This document shows, one piece after another, positions 57,464 to 59,933 of a DNA stretch of 59,933 bases. The stretch lies in IMG/VR virus record IMGVR_UViG_3300042477_000802, positions 62,001 to 121,933 of that record; one strand, 5' to 3'. This DNA is from an uncultured virus (IMG/VR IMGVR_UViG_3300042477_000802). Lineage: Duplodnaviria; Heunggongvirae; Uroviricota; Caudoviricetes. Each line of letters starts with the position of its first letter. The stretch's first letter is position 1. The notes beneath the pieces are model-generated. The model worked only from the letters and a program-made list of their open reading frames with translations, ran no database searches and was not told where the DNA came from. The position numbers and the translations under genes were made by a program.

Positions 57464-57958
57464 TTACCACAAAAACTGGAGTTTAATAAACCTATTAAAA
57501 TCTTCTAAAGAATTAACAGGTATTTTTTTGCCATGGTAATACCAAATTTTTAATCCATTATTATATTCAATAGCGGCCCCATTCTCTCGATGCAGCTTAT
57601 CTTCATAATACCAAATATTCATATTTTCTAATTGAATGGCCGGGCCATCTTCTCGATGAAGCTTGCCATGGATCCACCATTCCTTTCCACCATCTTTATA
57701 TTCAATAGCCGGACCATTTTCTCGGTGTCGACGACCAGCATAGTACCACTCTTTAGTTTTTTCTACAAAAATATTTTCAATAGCTGGCCCATAGTTTCGA
57801 TGTCGTTGACCATGAAAATACCAATAAGTATCTCCATTAGCAAATTCTACCGCCGGACCATCTTCTCGATGAAGCTGATTATTTAATGTCCAGCGTTTCA
57901 CCTTTGTTTTACTAATTTTTAAAATAGGCTGGTTATTCACAGCAATTAACCAATCCAA
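57464..57958 (-). CDS. HREDGPA-repeat protein, convergent with the array
   Basis: 5 repeats; ends RFIKLQFLW. Confidence 0.82.
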   Translation of the reverse strand: MDWLIAVNNQPILKISKTKVKRWTLNNQLHREDGPAVEFANGDTYWYFHGQRHRNYGPAIENIFVEKTKEWYYAGRRHRENGPAIEYKDGGKEWWIHGKLHREDGPAIQLENMNIWYYEDKLHRENGAAIEYNNGLKIWYYHGKKIPVNSLEDFNRFIKLQFLW

Positions 57959-58254
57959 GTAGCCATAATTACTGCAGTTCCTGCCACAATAGGTTCTGGG
58001 GCCTCATCTCCATTGGGATCTGGATTGTTAATTACTGTCCAACTCACAAAGCCACTACCCAATGGATCTTTAAACGCCCGCATTTTAAAATAAAATATAC
58101 TTCCTATTTCTCCAAATGGAATATAAGCCAATCCTCCTACAGCACTAGCGGTAATAGTTGTATAAGTTTGTGCCCCAACTACTGTTCCACCTGGAGCGAT
58201 ACCAGATTGGTTATTATTATCATAATTGCTTATAAATCCAGAAAAATCAGCCAT
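57946..58254 (-). CDS. Hypothetical protein, possibly virion-associated
   Basis: Gly/Ala/Thr-rich, co-oriented with duplicated genes. Confidence 0.55.
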   Translation of the reverse strand: MADFSGFISNYDNNNQSGIAPGGTVVGAQTYTTITASAVGGLAYIPFGEIGSIFYFKMRAFKDPLGSGFVSWTVINNPDPNGDEAPEPIVAGTAVIMATWIG

Positions 58255-58264
58255 AATTTATATT

Positions 58265-59221
58265 TTAAAGTGCCGGGACGCTACCATCCCAGGGTAAACT
58301 AACTTGTCCATAAATGATTCTATCTCGTGTTGTAGTTACTGTTAAAGTGCTGCCTGTTACTCTATTTGTTCCGGTCCATCGCATTACAGTAGAAACTCCT
58401 TTATATCCAGGGGTTGCAATGGCTGCTCGACGCAAAAATATTAATGGGAAAGCTTCATCCTTAGTAGTAATAGCATTTGTAGGTAAAGCATTAGGAACTA
58501 CAACACCAGATGGTAAATTTAATGTAACAGTCGGAAATTCTGCATAATTACTTCCTGGAGTACTCGAAATAATTTGAGAAAATGTTCTAAAGGTGGTGCT
58601 GCTCCCACTTTCATTTGTTAAAAGTGTTTGTGTAAAAGGACTTTGACCAGCTACGCCCATATGAAAAACAAATTGGTCGGCATCAGTTGGCTCTGTACTA
58701 ATTAGAGGGTCTAAACAAAGGCCAGCATTAGGTGTACCTCCGCCAATTGGGAAAGCTCCCGCCCAAAATCCAAAAGGAGCAGTATTATCAGCTCCGACGT
58801 TCCAGCGGTAAGAACCATCGGCGGCAAAAAAAGTAGCAAAAGTTGGAGAGGCATCTGTACCACCTCCCATGAATACAAATTCGTCAGTAGCTAATGGTGT
58901 TTGAGTGGCTCCGGGAGTGCCTCCAGTAAAACCAGAAGTACGAGACCTCTTCATTCTCCAAACAAGATTAATAGTTCCTCGTTGAATAGTAAATTCTTGA
59001 GAACCTACTCCTACCGGAGACCTTATTCTAAACCAAGCGCTATTATTAGCCATTCCATTAGCCCCGGAGGCGCCAGTACTAATCTGGTCTCCAGCAGCAT
59101 TATAAGTAGTGCCATCAGATGACGATAAAACTGTCCAACCAGCAGTCTTTAACAGCTCTTTAAATTCAAAGATAGCTATTGCTCCAGTATTAGGAGTACT
59201 TTTACTAAAAACAAACGGCAT
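58265..59221 (-). CDS. Gly/Thr/Ala-rich probable virion (tail/decoration) protein
   Basis: FKELLKTAGWTVLSSSDG N-terminus, beta-rich composition; function inferred only. Confidence 0.6.
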   Translation of the reverse strand: MPFVFSKSTPNTGAIAIFEFKELLKTAGWTVLSSSDGTTYNAAGDQISTGASGANGMANNSAWFRIRSPVGVGSQEFTIQRGTINLVWRMKRSRTSGFTGGTPGATQTPLATDEFVFMGGGTDASPTFATFFAADGSYRWNVGADNTAPFGFWAGAFPIGGGTPNAGLCLDPLISTEPTDADQFVFHMGVAGQSPFTQTLLTNESGSSTTFRTFSQIISSTPGSNYAEFPTVTLNLPSGVVVPNALPTNAITTKDEAFPLIFLRRAAIATPGYKGVSTVMRWTGTNRVTGSTLTVTTTRDRIIYGQVSLPWDGSVPAL

Positions 59222-59268
59222 GTTAACCTCTTATAATATATATCATTTTTATGTGTTAATTTTAGTAT

Positions 59269-59298
59269 AAACTAAACTACTAACAGTAGTTTAGTTAA
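59269..59298. terminator. Hairpin between duplicated genes
   Basis: AACTAAACTACT-AAC-AGTAGTTTAGTT. Confidence 0.6.
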
Positions 59299-59300
59299 AA

Positions 59301-59933
59301 TTATACTGTAGGAACCGTTCCGTCCCATGGCAAACTAATGGCTCCATAAATGATTCTGTCTCGTGTACCAGAAACAGATAATGTGTCTCCAGCAGCCCTA
59401 CTAATTCCAGTCCATCGCATTACGGTAGAAATTCCTTTATATCCAGGGTTTGCAATAGCTGCTCGACGCAAAAATATTAATGGGAAAGCTTGGTCTCTAC
59501 TTGTAATAGCATTTGTAGGTAAAGCATTAGGAACTACAACACCAGATGGTAAATTTAATGTAACAGTCGGAAATTCTGCATAATTACTTCCTGGAGTACT
59601 CGAAATAATTTGAGAAAATGTTCTAAAGGTGGTGCTGCTCCCACTTTCATTTGTTAAAGGTGTTTGTGTAAAAGGACTTTGACCAGCTACGCCCATATGA
59701 AAAACAAATTGGTCGGCATCAGTTGGTTCTGTACTAATTAGAGGGTCTAAACAAAGGCCAGCATTAGGTGTACCGCCGCCAGTTGGGAAAGCACCAGCCC
59801 AAAATCCAAAAGGTAAAGCATTATCAGCTCCGACGTTCCAACGGTAAGAACCATCGGCGGCAAAAAAAGTAGCAAAAGTGGGAGAGGCATCTGTACCACC
59901 TCCCATGAATATAAATTCGTCAGTAGCTAATGG
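59301..59933 (-). CDS. Near-identical tandem duplicate of 58265-59221 (5' part outside window)
   Basis: Long identical protein and DNA stretches. Confidence 0.8.
   Translation of the reverse strand, partial: PLATDEFIFMGGGTDASPTFATFFAADGSYRWNVGADNALPFGFWAGAFPTGGGTPNAGLCLDPLISTEPTDADQFVFHMGVAGQSPFTQTPLTNESGSSTTFRTFSQIISSTPGSNYAEFPTVTLNLPSGVVVPNALPTNAITSRDQAFPLIFLRRAAIANPGYKGISTVMRWTGISRAAGDTLSVSGTRDRIIYGAISLPWDGTVPTV

Noticed and set aside
2992..57886. Many antisense ORFs of type MKIPxFISIS...WTIFSM
   Set aside because: Shadow frames on the opposite strand of the HREDGPA repeats; no independent RBS or operon logic.
2932..57958. Diversity-generating retroelement as the source of repeat variation
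   Set aside because: No reverse transcriptase or template/variable repeat pair with adenine-specific differences is visible in this window.
1..59933. Genome-wide TAG recoding
   Set aside because: Coding density is high under the standard code and TAG occurs at homologous gene ends.

Overview
The window looks like part of a large (jumbo-type) dsDNA phage genome: dense operons, phage tRNAs, thyX with an intein, dut, a GMP reductase/IMPDH, infA, a SET protein, an SF1 helicase and about 27 genes built from the 23-aa HREDGPA repeat. Genes left of ~38.3 kb are almost all on the minus strand and genes to the right mostly on plus. The G/C skew flips at an AT-rich repeat tract (38.28-38.53 kb), a candidate origin or genome-entry point. 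The most unusual part is non-coding and lies mainly at 20-38 kb. (1) There are 20 same-orientation copies of a CCCAGCGACTAA box, 13 with CCTA at a fixed distance, which looks like a phage-specific promoter. (2) Ten head-to-head pairs of sigma54-type GG-N10-GC boxes sit in four repeated modules, possibly a sigma54-RNAP decoy or loading array. (3) There are four type II hammerhead ribozymes, three directly before start codons. (4) Six tRNA-like RNAs in three families lack a normal anticodon arm, two families with compensatory base changes; there is also a CUA suppressor-like tRNA and two large structured RNA candidates. (5) Six proteins share one C-terminal domain, carried behind either HREDGPA repeats or two tandem CCA-type nucleotidyltransferase domains. 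All calls come from reading the sequence by eye; no searches or folding programs were run.
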